Shown: piece after piece, positions 26,065 to 36,281 of the stretch
How positions within the stretch are numbered: the stretch's first letter is position 1
Layout: each line of letters opens with the position of its first letter
Sequence record: SRR20825006_1727
DNA: 49,744 nt
Strand: one strand, 5' to 3'
Notes under the pieces: model-generated
Databases searched by the model: none
Told to the model about the DNA's origin: nothing
Seen by the model: the letters and a program-made list of their open reading frames with translations, nothing else
Program-made: the position numbers and the translations under genes

Positions 26065-27891
26065 ATGAAAAAAACTATATACACTGTCTTACTGGCATTT
26101 GGGGTATTTATGATGCTTCAATCTTGTGGAGATGACGACTCGTCTCTGGTTACCGGCGAACCGGATTCTGTTGTGAATAATGATCCTGAAGGTTCTCCGC
26201 TACGCGGAATTACACTTAGCTGGAATGATCAGGATGAGGATGTTTTACGTCAATATTTTGATGTTTCGGCCGCTGTATATTACGACGCAGAAGTAGATCG
26301 CGCTATAGAATGGCCGTTCAATTTCTTTAGTAATTCTTGGGCCTACGTGGTTGAAAACTACGGCACCTATGGTGAAAAGAGTTTGCTTTATGTGATTGGT
26401 CACGGTGAATCTGACAGCCCTACGTATTACAAAACCATCTTTGATGACGATGCCAGTAATCGTAGTTTAATAGATCTTCCTATCACAACGACTGAAGGAT
26501 CGGGTGCTACGCTTGATGTGGCTTCTGCTTTAATGGCGCAAGTGGTGGAACACTCTAGCAACGGGGTTCATAAATCACCTGCAGCTGCAGTTTGGGGAGA
26601 TACCTTCAATCAGATCTTTACCTATGACCTCTATGTAAATCTTGGCCTCGAGGCAGAGGCCGAACGTGTAAAAACAGCGTTCAGCGCTACCTCAGTAAAT
26701 TATCCTAATACCGAAACCTTTTGGTTCAGAGATTGGTTTTTGCCTATTTATGAGACTTACAATGGAGGTATTACGCTCAACAACTTTTTTAAAGTTCTTG
26801 CAGCCAACTATCCTATTGACGGAACTGATTATGCCCGCGATATGAATTTAGGCGAACTCGTGCATTTTTTTAGCGGTGCTACCGGCGAAGATCTTGAGCC
26901 GCTTGCAGAAAGTGCTTTTGGTTTTGATGATACCAATAAAAACGAATTACTACAGGCTCGTGCAGAGTTTCCTAATTTAAACTATCCTTTTGATCCCGCT
27001 TCAGAATTGATAGACGTTACTTCAGAAGGAAACGCAACAATCGTAGTAAGTAGGGATCATCCTAACGGTGCAGACTCTGCCGAAGGTTCTCTTAAAGTGA
27101 TTGATAATGATTACACCACAAAATTCTTAACTAATGGTTTTCCGCAGGAATTTTATATGCAGCAAAACTTTGAGTTTGCTCAGGTGGTAAATAAATACAC
27201 ATTTACTTCGGGTAATGATGCGCCTGACCGTGATTTTAAAACCTGGGAACTTTTAGGTTCTAATGACGGAGCCAACTTTGAGGTTTTAGATACACGTACA
27301 GACCAAACCTTTACCGCGCGTAATCAAACCAGAGAATTCACATTTGACAACGATCAAGCCTATCGCTATTATCGTATTAATGTGCTAGAAAACAACGGTA
27401 GTACGCTCATTCAATTAACAGAATGGAGACTGCTTAATCTTAAGCTTTTAACCTTTGGACCTCAGGATATAACCGCTACGGCTATAACAACGGTTAGTCG
27501 CGAAAATCGTAATGGTGCAGATTCTAACGAAGCTTCCATAAGGGTAACCGATGGGGATACGGGCACCAAATTCCTTTTGTTTGACTTTAATAATCCTGAG
27601 TGGATTCAGCAAGAGTTTGCGCAAGGGGTTCGCGTAACAAAATATTCGCTTACTTCTGCAAATGATGCTCCCGGCAGAGACCCTGTAGACTGGACACTTT
27701 CAGGATCTAACGACGGAACCAATTTTACAGAAATAGATTCAAGAACCGGCCAGTCTTTTGAAAGCAGAGGACAAACGCGTGAGTTTTTGATCACTAATGA
27801 TACCAGCTATACGTATTATCGCTTAGACATTTTAGCCAATGGTGGCGATAGTTTGTTTCAATTAGCTGAATGGCGCTTGTTTGCTGAATAA
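26065..27891 (+). CDS. Surface lipoprotein: degenerate zincin-like domain plus two F5/8 type C (discoidin/CBM32-like) domains
   Basis: Lipobox LQSC; two repeats 149 codons apart with TSGNDAPDRD/TSANDAPGRD, W.L.GSNDG and Y.YYR...QL.EWRL motifs. Confidence 0.75.
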   Translation: MKKTIYTVLLAFGVFMMLQSCGDDDSSLVTGEPDSVVNNDPEGSPLRGITLSWNDQDEDVLRQYFDVSAAVYYDAEVDRAIEWPFNFFSNSWAYVVENYGTYGEKSLLYVIGHGESDSPTYYKTIFDDDASNRSLIDLPITTTEGSGATLDVASALMAQVVEHSSNGVHKSPAAAVWGDTFNQIFTYDLYVNLGLEAEAERVKTAFSATSVNYPNTETFWFRDWFLPIYETYNGGITLNNFFKVLAANYPIDGTDYARDMNLGELVHFFSGATGEDLEPLAESAFGFDDTNKNELLQARAEFPNLNYPFDPASELIDVTSEGNATIVVSRDHPNGADSAEGSLKVIDNDYTTKFLTNGFPQEFYMQQNFEFAQVVNKYTFTSGNDAPDRDFKTWELLGSNDGANFEVLDTRTDQTFTARNQTREFTFDNDQAYRYYRINVLENNGSTLIQLTEWRLLNLKLLTFGPQDITATAITTVSRENRNGADSNEASIRVTDGDTGTKFLLFDFNNPEWIQQEFAQGVRVTKYSLTSANDAPGRDPVDWTLSGSNDGTNFTEIDSRTGQSFESRGQTREFLITNDTSYTYYRLDILANGGDSLFQLAEWRLFAE

Positions 27892-27919
27892 TTTAGATTG
27901 ACCTTCAGCTTAATACCTT

Positions 27920-27957
27920 AATATCCTGAGCCCTTAAAAAAGGGTTTGGGATATTTT
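27920..27957 (+). terminator. Intrinsic terminator or hairpin
   Basis: AATATCCTGAGCCCTT/AAGGGTTTGGGATATT stem with G-U pairs, then TT. Confidence 0.65.
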
Positions 27958-28061
27958 GATAAAAGAGAATAACGCACTGCTGAAGCCATTTCGATTATTA
28001 AGGATCGAGCCCAATTACCTTCCACTTTGTGGAAAAAACCAGAATAACTAAATTTTAAACT

Positions 28062-30566
28062 ATGAACAGAAACAGTTTATTGATGCTTAGCCTTCTGTGC
28101 CTCTTTGTATTTTCGTGCAAAGAAGAGAAAGCCACAGCACAAAACGAAAACGATGTAAATGCCGCCAGCGCTTCGTTGCGCGCACCGGCCTACCCGCTCA
28201 TTACCCACGATCCTTATTTGAGCATTTGGTCTATGGGCGACGAACTTAATGCTAGCCCTACTAAGCATTGGACCGAACGAGACCACGCCCTCACCGGAGT
28301 GCTTCAGCTAGATGATAAGTTTTATCAATTTTTAGGAAGCGAGAGTAAAGTTTATGAGACCATCCTTCCGGCTTCAGATGAAGAAACCTATTCCGTTAGC
28401 TATTCCGAAAGTAAACCTGATGAAAATTGGATCAGCACCAGCTATGATGCTTCTGCTTGGAAAACCGGGGAAGCACCTTTCAGTGAAAATGAAAGTATGG
28501 CTAAAACGGTGTGGAATACAGATGACTTGTATTACAGACGCAGCTTTGATCTGGAAACTACAGATCTGGAAAGTTTGTATTTAAAATTAAGCCATGATGA
28601 TAACGTAAAAGTTTGGCTTAACGGGGTGCAAATCGCAGATATCAACGGCTGGCAAAACAGCTATAAGTACCTGCCTATTCCTGAAGAAGCGATGCAAACG
28701 CTCAAAACGGAAGGGAATGTACTTGCGATACATATCCGCAACACCGCGGGCGGACAATTTTTAGACGCCGGATTGGTGACTGAAGCCAAAACGCAAACCA
28801 ACTCGATCGTCAAAAAAGCAAAACAGATTGATGTGGCTTTTAGAGCAAATCAAACCGAATATGTTTTTGACGCCGATGGAACTCAGGTGAATGTGACATT
28901 TACCTCTCCGTTATTGATCGAGGATCTTGCGATCTATAGCAGACCTATATCGTACATCAATGTAAAAGTCGCAGGTAAAGAAGGACAACAAGCCAAGGTA
29001 TATCTGGGAGCTTCTTCTGCTATTGCGATCAACCAACCGGTGCAGGAGGTGGAAGTTTCAGAATATCAAAACGAAGGGCTTTCGGTATTAAAAGCAGGCT
29101 CTGTCGCACAGCCTGTATTAGAGAAAAAAGGAGATGACCTGCGTATTGATTGGGGATATTTATACGTTGCTGCTCCTGCAGAAAATGTACAGCAGTATGT
29201 TTCTCCGGCTGCCAAAGGGTTAGAAGCTTTTGCTACCGGAAGTATACAGGATACTGATGCTGAGACAACCGGTAAAAACCTTATCCTGAATACCGTTGCA
29301 GATCTTGGTAAGATTGATGCACAGGGCGCAGAACAAGTTTTTATGATTGGTTATGATCAACTCGAAGCGGTGAATTATTTTGGAACCAGCCTTAAACCGT
29401 GGTGGTCTAAAGACGGTGCAACAATGAATGCTGAGCTTGGTGAAGCGTATGCTAATTACAACAGCGTGATCAATAAAGTCAAAACTTTTGATCAGAAATT
29501 GTACGATGATGCGTTAGCTGCAGGTGGTAAGAAATACGCAGATCTTTGTGTTGCCGCTTACCGCCAAGCCATTGCTGCTCATATTCTCGTAGAAGCGCCT
29601 AATGGTGATATTTTGTTTTTATCTAAAGAAAACAACAGCAACGGTTCGATCAATACCGTGGATGTTACCTACCCTTCTGCTCCACTATTTCTGGTTTATA
29701 ATCCAGATTTACTTAAAGGAATGCTCAATGGAATCTTTTACTACAGCGAAAGCGGAAAATGGAAAAAGCCATTTCCGGCGCACGATATAGGAACTTACCC
29801 TATTGCTTTAGGTCAAACCTATGGAGAAGATATGCCGGTAGAAGAAGCAGGAAATATGCTTATTCTCACTGCAGCAATCGCTCAAGTAGAAGGCAATGCA
29901 GAATATGCTAAAGCGCACTGGGAAACGCTTACCACCTGGGCAGATTACCTGATGCAAAGTGGTTTTGACCCAGCCAACCAATTATCAACAGATGATTTTG
30001 CCGGTCATTTAGCGCGTAATGCTAACCTTTCGGTAAAAGCGATTATGGCCATTGCTTCTTACGGGAAACTTGCAGCGATGCTGGGAGATACTGCAACTGC
30101 TGAAAAGTATACCAATGCCGCTAAAGAAATGGCTGGTAATTGGAAGAACATCGCGGCAGATGGCGATCACTACACCTTGGCTTTTGAAAGCGAGGGCACC
30201 TGGAGCCAGAAGTACAACCTGGTTTGGGATGAGATTCTGGGCTTGAATATTTTTAATGAAGACGTTCATAAAACAGAAATCGCCTATTATCTAACCAAAC
30301 AAGAAGACTACGGTTTGCCATTAGACAGTCGTAAAACCTACACGAAGTCTGACTGGATTTTATGGACTGCGACTTTGGCTGATAATGAAGCCGACTTCAA
30401 TGCACTAATTGATCCGGTTTGGGAATTTGCAAATACCACACCAGACCGTGTACCGCTTTCTGACTGGCACGAGACCACTGATGCGCACAAAGTTGGTTTT
30501 AAAGCCCGCTCTGTGGTAGGTGGTTATTTTATTAAAATGCTCAAAGAGGAACAGTTGAGTAAGTAG
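28062..30566 (+). CDS. GtaA 'glutaminase'-like lipoprotein (DUF4964/DUF5127/DUF4965/DUF1793), possible carbohydrate-active enzyme
   Basis: LRAPAYPLITHDPYLSIW, SKENNSNGSINTVDV, HDIGTYP, MPVEEAGNM, QLSTDDFAG, SQKYNLVWD, YGLPLDSR, ARSVVGG; lipobox FSC. Confidence 0.85.
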   Translation: MNRNSLLMLSLLCLFVFSCKEEKATAQNENDVNAASASLRAPAYPLITHDPYLSIWSMGDELNASPTKHWTERDHALTGVLQLDDKFYQFLGSESKVYETILPASDEETYSVSYSESKPDENWISTSYDASAWKTGEAPFSENESMAKTVWNTDDLYYRRSFDLETTDLESLYLKLSHDDNVKVWLNGVQIADINGWQNSYKYLPIPEEAMQTLKTEGNVLAIHIRNTAGGQFLDAGLVTEAKTQTNSIVKKAKQIDVAFRANQTEYVFDADGTQVNVTFTSPLLIEDLAIYSRPISYINVKVAGKEGQQAKVYLGASSAIAINQPVQEVEVSEYQNEGLSVLKAGSVAQPVLEKKGDDLRIDWGYLYVAAPAENVQQYVSPAAKGLEAFATGSIQDTDAETTGKNLILNTVADLGKIDAQGAEQVFMIGYDQLEAVNYFGTSLKPWWSKDGATMNAELGEAYANYNSVINKVKTFDQKLYDDALAAGGKKYADLCVAAYRQAIAAHILVEAPNGDILFLSKENNSNGSINTVDVTYPSAPLFLVYNPDLLKGMLNGIFYYSESGKWKKPFPAHDIGTYPIALGQTYGEDMPVEEAGNMLILTAAIAQVEGNAEYAKAHWETLTTWADYLMQSGFDPANQLSTDDFAGHLARNANLSVKAIMAIASYGKLAAMLGDTATAEKYTNAAKEMAGNWKNIAADGDHYTLAFESEGTWSQKYNLVWDEILGLNIFNEDVHKTEIAYYLTKQEDYGLPLDSRKTYTKSDWILWTATLADNEADFNALIDPVWEFANTTPDRVPLSDWHETTDAHKVGFKARSVVGGYFIKMLKEEQLSK

Positions 30567-30590
30567 TATTTAATTAGCGTTAATACTATG

Positions 30591-30621
30591 GAAGCGGAGT
30601 CTCACCAACTCCGCTTTTTTT
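30591..30621 (+). terminator. Intrinsic terminator
   Basis: AAGCGGAGT/ACTCCGCTT stem followed by a T-run. Confidence 0.85.
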
Positions 30622-31112
30622 CTACCCAAAACGGAATGTATTTGCTTACAAAACAAGTAGTATAGCGCAGTACTAAATCTCTTAAGCATAAGATGATAAA
30701 CCCATTAGCACTGAAGCATTTCTTAATAGTGTACGCATAAGCATGATAATGAACATTTCACCTTAGTTTATCACAAAAGGAAGTTTTTAGCTTGTAGTAC
30801 GATGACAATAGAAAGCGTCTTCCATTACTTAAGAAATTACCGCAATTACGATTTCATTAAATAAAATCAGGAAACTCCTAAAAAAATTAACAATTGATCA
30901 GGTTTTGTAATGTGCTCACCTACCGTTGACACAAATACCATATCGTTTGAAATGAATTGTTTTACACTCAATAAATTCAAACGTTATAGTTTCAATATAA
31001 AACCTAATAGGTATTTAAGATTTATATCTGTAACCACAAATTGTCTTAAACATCACTATTTGCGTCAATATTGCTTATTAAACGTAAAATTTACTTTTAA
31101 TATTTATACCAG

Positions 31113-31126
31113 ATAAAACGTTTTTA
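31113..31126. promoter_or_regulatory. Putative LacI operator 2
   Basis: ATAAAACGTTTTTA upstream of susC2; same core as operators 1, 3 and 4. Confidence 0.7.
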
Positions 31127-31141
31127 TACATTCGTCAAACA

Positions 31142-31161
31142 TTACGATATCGATATCGTAA
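31142..31161. promoter_or_regulatory. Perfect 20-bp palindrome, putative second operator
   Basis: TTACGATATC/GATATCGTAA, ending 68 bp before the susC2 ATG. Confidence 0.6.
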
Positions 31162-31229
31162 CGCGTTATTCTCTTAAAATTTTAACAATCAGAAATTTTA
31201 AAAACTAATTCACACAAAAATGAAACTCA

Positions 31230-34200
31230 ATGAAAAAACTTCTACTGAACTCGATTAAATGGCATCCCTTGCTGATGTTGGTTCTAGGCGTTTTGTGTTT
31301 ACAGAATACATACGCACAGGAAAATATCACTGTTGAAGGTAATGTAAGCGCTGCAGGAGAAACAGCAGGGCCACTGCCTTATATTACCATTTTGGTCAAA
31401 GGGACCACGCGGGGAACCACTACAGATTTTGACGGAAATTATAGCATTAGTGCTGCACCTGATGCTACCTTAGTATTTAGCTATGTAGGTTTTAAAACCA
31501 AAGAAATACCTGTTGATGGCCAAACCCAAATAGATGTGCAACTTGAAGAGGATATTGCCGGCTTAGATGCTGTTGTGGTAACCGGATATTCTACACAAGA
31601 TAAAAAGTCGATCACCGGTTCTATTGCAACCATAACCAGCGAAGATCTGGAGAAAGTGCACGGAGGTGCTACCGTCAGTTCTGGATTAGCCGGTAAAATA
31701 CCTGGGGTTAGCTTCCGTATGAATGACGGACGCCCCGGAGCAAGTGCTTCAATTCAGATACGTAATATGGGTACTCCTCTTTATGTAATTGATGGTATTC
31801 AGCAAGATGAAGGTCAGTTTAACAACATATCTCCTAACGATATTGAAAGTATTACAGTACTTAAAGACGCCTCAGCTGCTGTTTATGGGGTTCGTGCCGC
31901 AAACGGTGTAGTCGTAGTAACTACAAAAAAAGGACGTAAAGGAGTTAAAAATACGGTCAATGTTAATGCATATGTAGGCTGGCAAAACTGGTCTCGTTTT
32001 CCTGAGACAGTAAACGATTCTTATCAATGGATGTTAGGTAAGGCTGAAGCTGAAGTCAACCAGTACGGCTCAACAGGAATCACTCCTGAAGAATTAGAAA
32101 AATACCGAATTGGTGAAGAGCGTGGCTATCAATCCTTTAATTGGAAAGATTTTATAATCAAGAAAAATGCACCGCTTACCAATGTAAACGTAAGTGCTAC
32201 CGGAGGTTCTGAAAACATCAGCTATTATTTATCTGCGACTCACTTAGATCAGGAGTCGGTATTAGGTGATGAGTTTACTTTTAAAAGAAGTAATATTCAG
32301 AGTAATGTTGACGCTAATATCACAGACCGTCTTAAGGTTGGTGTACAAATCAATGGCCGCGTAGAGACGCGTAAAAATCCTGGTATTCCCGGAGCCGATG
32401 ACTACTGGCTACCTCGTTTTGCTATTTTGCGTAACCGCCCATTCGAGCGTCCGTATGCTAATGACAACCCGGAGTATCTTAACGATATAGGGCATAATGA
32501 AACCAACTGGGCATTACACAACTTTAAAATAGGTGGTTATGCAGAAGATATTTGGCGCGTACTACAAACCAATTTTTCTGCAGAATATGACATTCCCGGT
32601 GTAAAAGGTTTAAAAGCAAAAGGAATGTACTCTTACTACATTGCAGACCGCGTACTCAATGGTCATGAATACACTTACGATGCATACACCTACGATCCTG
32701 AGAATGATGTCTATAATGTAACTGGTGGAAGTTCAAACCCTTGGAGGGAACGCAGAACCCGCAAGGTCTTGAGAAATATTTATCAAGGGCAGTTACAATA
32801 CAAACGTAAATTTGGAGACCATTCTGTTGAGGGGCTGTTTATTGTTGAGAGACAAGAAGCAAGGTTTCAAGAGCAATGGGTACACGCAGTTCCAAAAACA
32901 AATACGCTACCTCTAATTTATTTTTCAGACACTGATGCTTACGATGATTCTGATAATGAAGAAGCACGTATAGGATACATAGGTCGACTAAACTATAATT
33001 ATAAAGACAAGTATTATTTAGAAGTTTCTGCGAGACGCGATGCCTCTTGGAAATTTGCACCAGACAAGCGTGTGGGATATTTCCCTTCTGCATCAGCAGG
33101 TTGGAGAATCACCGAAGAAGAATTCTTTAAAGAGCTTATAGGTGATGACAGCGTTCTAAATAATCTAAAATTCAGAGGTTCATATGGTATCCTCGGAGAT
33201 GATAATATTGGTATTGGGCCTTACGATTATTTAACAGGGTATAACTACAATCAAGGCGTAGCTATTTTAGATGGAAACCCTGTGATCGCTAGCCGTGATA
33301 AAGGGCAGCCTATCACAAACATCTCTTGGTTTAAGAGTAAGATCACAGATATTGGAGCTGATTTTTATCTATTTGACTCTAAGCTATCTGGTTCTGTTGA
33401 TTACTTCTACAGAAAGCGTACGGGGCTAAGAGGACGTAAATATGACATCCTTATCCCAAATGAATTAGGTTATGGTCTTCCTGATGAAAACGTAAACTCT
33501 GATGCTCAATATGGTATTGAAGGAGCATTATCCTACGCTACAAATTTTGGTGAAGTGACCTTTAATGTTTCAGGTAATGCTTCTATTTCAAGAAGTAAAT
33601 TCTTAGAATCATATAAGCCTCGCTTTGATAACTCGTATCAGCAGTACCGTGCATCTTCAGAAAACAGATATAATACGATTTTCTGGGGCTACACAGCATT
33701 AGGGCAATTTCAGTCTCAAGAAGAGATTGACAACTACCCTGTTGATATTGACGGTCGCGGAAACAGCACCTTGCTACCTGGTGACATTATTTATGAGGAT
33801 GTTAATGGTGATGGCCGTATAGATGGTTATGATGAAACCCCTATTGGCTATAATAATTACAACCCGTTGATCAACTTTGGGTTCAGTCTTTCTGCGGCCT
33901 ATAAAGGCTTTGACTTAAGAGCAGATTTCTCTGGTGCCTCAGGATACTCTTGGAACCAAAGCTGGGAACAACGCTGGGCCTACCAAAATAATGGTGCGCT
34001 AAACAAAATTTTTCTTGATCGTTGGAGACGTGCAGATCCGTTTGATCCAAACAGTGAGTGGATTCCGGGTAAATATCCTGCATTGCGCTTCAATGATGGC
34101 GGCCACAGTAACTACAATAAAAATTCTACATTTTGGTTGCATAATGTCACTTATATCAGAGCCAGAACATTAGAGTTAGGTTACTCGCTACCAGATACTT

Positions 34201-34370
34201 TCCTTGAAAAAATCAATGTTTCGAGAGCGCGCTTTTATGTTAACGCATACAACCTCTTCTCTATTGATAATCTTGCTGAATTTGGCGTAGATCCAGAAAT
34301 ATCTGATGATAATGGGTTACAGTATCCGCAAAACAAATTTGTAAACGTAGGAGTCAACATCTCACTTTAA
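31230..34370 (+). CDS. susC: SusC/RagA TonB-dependent transporter 2
   Basis: GTTTDFDGNY, LDAVVVTGY, VLKDASAAVYGVRAANGVVVVTTKKG, YPQ...GVNISL end. Confidence 0.95.
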   Translation: MKKLLLNSIKWHPLLMLVLGVLCLQNTYAQENITVEGNVSAAGETAGPLPYITILVKGTTRGTTTDFDGNYSISAAPDATLVFSYVGFKTKEIPVDGQTQIDVQLEEDIAGLDAVVVTGYSTQDKKSITGSIATITSEDLEKVHGGATVSSGLAGKIPGVSFRMNDGRPGASASIQIRNMGTPLYVIDGIQQDEGQFNNISPNDIESITVLKDASAAVYGVRAANGVVVVTTKKGRKGVKNTVNVNAYVGWQNWSRFPETVNDSYQWMLGKAEAEVNQYGSTGITPEELEKYRIGEERGYQSFNWKDFIIKKNAPLTNVNVSATGGSENISYYLSATHLDQESVLGDEFTFKRSNIQSNVDANITDRLKVGVQINGRVETRKNPGIPGADDYWLPRFAILRNRPFERPYANDNPEYLNDIGHNETNWALHNFKIGGYAEDIWRVLQTNFSAEYDIPGVKGLKAKGMYSYYIADRVLNGHEYTYDAYTYDPENDVYNVTGGSSNPWRERRTRKVLRNIYQGQLQYKRKFGDHSVEGLFIVERQEARFQEQWVHAVPKTNTLPLIYFSDTDAYDDSDNEEARIGYIGRLNYNYKDKYYLEVSARRDASWKFAPDKRVGYFPSASAGWRITEEEFFKELIGDDSVLNNLKFRGSYGILGDDNIGIGPYDYLTGYNYNQGVAILDGNPVIASRDKGQPITNISWFKSKITDIGADFYLFDSKLSGSVDYFYRKRTGLRGRKYDILIPNELGYGLPDENVNSDAQYGIEGALSYATNFGEVTFNVSGNASISRSKFLESYKPRFDNSYQQYRASSENRYNTIFWGYTALGQFQSQEEIDNYPVDIDGRGNSTLLPGDIIYEDVNGDGRIDGYDETPIGYNNYNPLINFGFSLSAAYKGFDLRADFSGASGYSWNQSWEQRWAYQNNGALNKIFLDRWRRADPFDPNSEWIPGKYPALRFNDGGHSNYNKNSTFWLHNVTYIRARTLELGYSLPDTFLEKINVSRARFYVNAYNLFSIDNLAEFGVDPEISDDNGLQYPQNKFVNVGVNISL

Positions 34371-34382
34371 AAAATGAATGCA

Positions 34383-36263
34383 ATGAAAAAATATATATAT
34401 TTCTTAATAATTCCCATTCTGCTGGGCAGTTGTTCCTCAGATAGTGAATTTTTAGATCGCGAGCCTTCTAATATCTTAACTCAGAATCAAGCGTTTGGCA
34501 GTCCAGATATCGTACTATCAGTATTAGCCGACCTATACAATCGCTATTATGATTTTGGTACTGTAGAAGATTGGTCTTCTCTGGCGCAATTTAATGTTGC
34601 CTTCTGGTCAGAAGCCGGTAGATATGGCTATTTTCAAAACGGAGGCTACGGCTACGGTGATTGGGGAACTTGGGACTATGGTTACATAAGAGAAATGAAT
34701 CTTTTTCTTGAGCGTCTTGAGCTTTCTGAGGCTTTAGATCCCGCAGATAAAGCACGATTTGCTGCTGAAGGTCGGTTTTTAAGAGCTTCCTACTATTTTA
34801 CTATGGTAAAACGTATGGGAGGCGTACCGCTTATTCTTGAATCTGAAACCTATGACTTTAGTGGAGATGCGACTTATTTACAACATCCACGTGAGACCGA
34901 AGCTGCGCTTTATGACTTTGTAATCAGTGAGGCTGATGCGATTTTAGCAGATCTTCCTTCTGATGTAAATACAAAATCAAGAGCGAGTAAAGGTGCTGTT
35001 CTCGCTATGAAGGCTCGTGCCGCCTTATATGCCGGTTCTATTGCTAGATATGGAGCGAGCACACCTCAGGTATCGTTACCTGGTGGTGAAGTAGGTATTC
35101 CCGTATCAAGAGCAGAAGAATATTACACTACTGCTCTAAGTGCTGCTCAGTCGATTATTAATGGCGAAGTAGGCAATTATTCACTATATGAGAAAAAGCC
35201 TGATCTGTCTGAAAACTTCGCAAGTATTTTTTATGATAAATCCAATAATCCAGAAGCTATCTTTGTCGAAGACTACAAACTGCAAAGCGGTAAAGTACAT
35301 GGCTTTACTATTGCAAATCAGCCGCGATTTGGTGCTGAAGAAGAAGAAGGTGGCCGTATCAATCCGGCGCTGAGTTTAGTGCAGTCTTTTGAAACGTTAG
35401 ACGGTGAGTATGCGCCGCTACCTATTGAGGATGCCTCAGGAAATCCTATTTATTACGATACACCAGAAGGGGTTTTTGCTAACAGAGACGCACGTTTAAT
35501 GGGGACGGTAATAGTGCCAGGTTCTTCATTTAAGGGTCGTGAAGTAGACATTTTTGCAGGTATTCAGCTCGCCGACGGAACCATCATCAGCGGCGATTCT
35601 CGCGGACAACAAAAAGAAGTGATGGGCACAGATATGAAGGTCGTAGGTTTTGACGGACCAATAGACGGATTAGAATTTACAGCGCAGACCGGTTTTTACA
35701 TTCGTAAATATCAAGATCCTAAAGCAGGGTCAGGTCAACGTGGAACACAAAGTGACGTATGGTTTATTCGTTATCGCTATGCAGAAGTATTGCTCAACGC
35801 AGCAGAAGCAGCTTTTGAATTAAATCAACCTGCTGTAGCAGCAGGTTATCTCAATCAAGTGCGTCGTCGTGCCGGGATCACAACAGATCTTGCCGCTGCA
35901 GATATCACTTTTGACCGTATCGCGCACGAGCGCTTTGTAGAGTTTGCTTTTGAAGGGTTACATTTCTTCGATCTTAAACGCTGGAGAATCGCTCACGAAG
36001 TGCTTGACGGTACACCTATGGATGCCGCCACGATAACCACAAATATAGGAGATGCTACCAAGCGATTGACGCAACCTTTCGGACTTTGGCCTTATAAATA
36101 TTACAATCCGGGAGATGCTAATGACGGTACCTATATCTACAAGATTGTAAAGCCAAATCGCGTTACCGGTGCAGATCGTTTTCAGTTCGGGAACTACTAC
36201 TCAGAGATCGGAGCAGGAATTTTAAACAACAACCCATTGATTGTTAGAAATCCTAATCAATAA
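34383..36263 (+). CDS. susD: SusD/RagB lipoprotein 2
   Basis: Lipobox LGSC, EGRFLRASYYF, RYAEVLLNAAEA, ERFVEFAFEGLHFFDLKRW. Confidence 0.95.
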   Translation: MKKYIYFLIIPILLGSCSSDSEFLDREPSNILTQNQAFGSPDIVLSVLADLYNRYYDFGTVEDWSSLAQFNVAFWSEAGRYGYFQNGGYGYGDWGTWDYGYIREMNLFLERLELSEALDPADKARFAAEGRFLRASYYFTMVKRMGGVPLILESETYDFSGDATYLQHPRETEAALYDFVISEADAILADLPSDVNTKSRASKGAVLAMKARAALYAGSIARYGASTPQVSLPGGEVGIPVSRAEEYYTTALSAAQSIINGEVGNYSLYEKKPDLSENFASIFYDKSNNPEAIFVEDYKLQSGKVHGFTIANQPRFGAEEEEGGRINPALSLVQSFETLDGEYAPLPIEDASGNPIYYDTPEGVFANRDARLMGTVIVPGSSFKGREVDIFAGIQLADGTIISGDSRGQQKEVMGTDMKVVGFDGPIDGLEFTAQTGFYIRKYQDPKAGSGQRGTQSDVWFIRYRYAEVLLNAAEAAFELNQPAVAAGYLNQVRRRAGITTDLAAADITFDRIAHERFVEFAFEGLHFFDLKRWRIAHEVLDGTPMDAATITTNIGDATKRLTQPFGLWPYKYYNPGDANDGTYIYKIVKPNRVTGADRFQFGNYYSEIGAGILNNNPLIVRNPNQ

Positions 36264-36281
36264 TTTTAAAAGCCTAAGATT

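Noticed and set aside
30910-31116. 68-aa ORF upstream of susC2
   Set aside because: Lies across AT-rich promoter and operator DNA with atypical composition; likely spurious.
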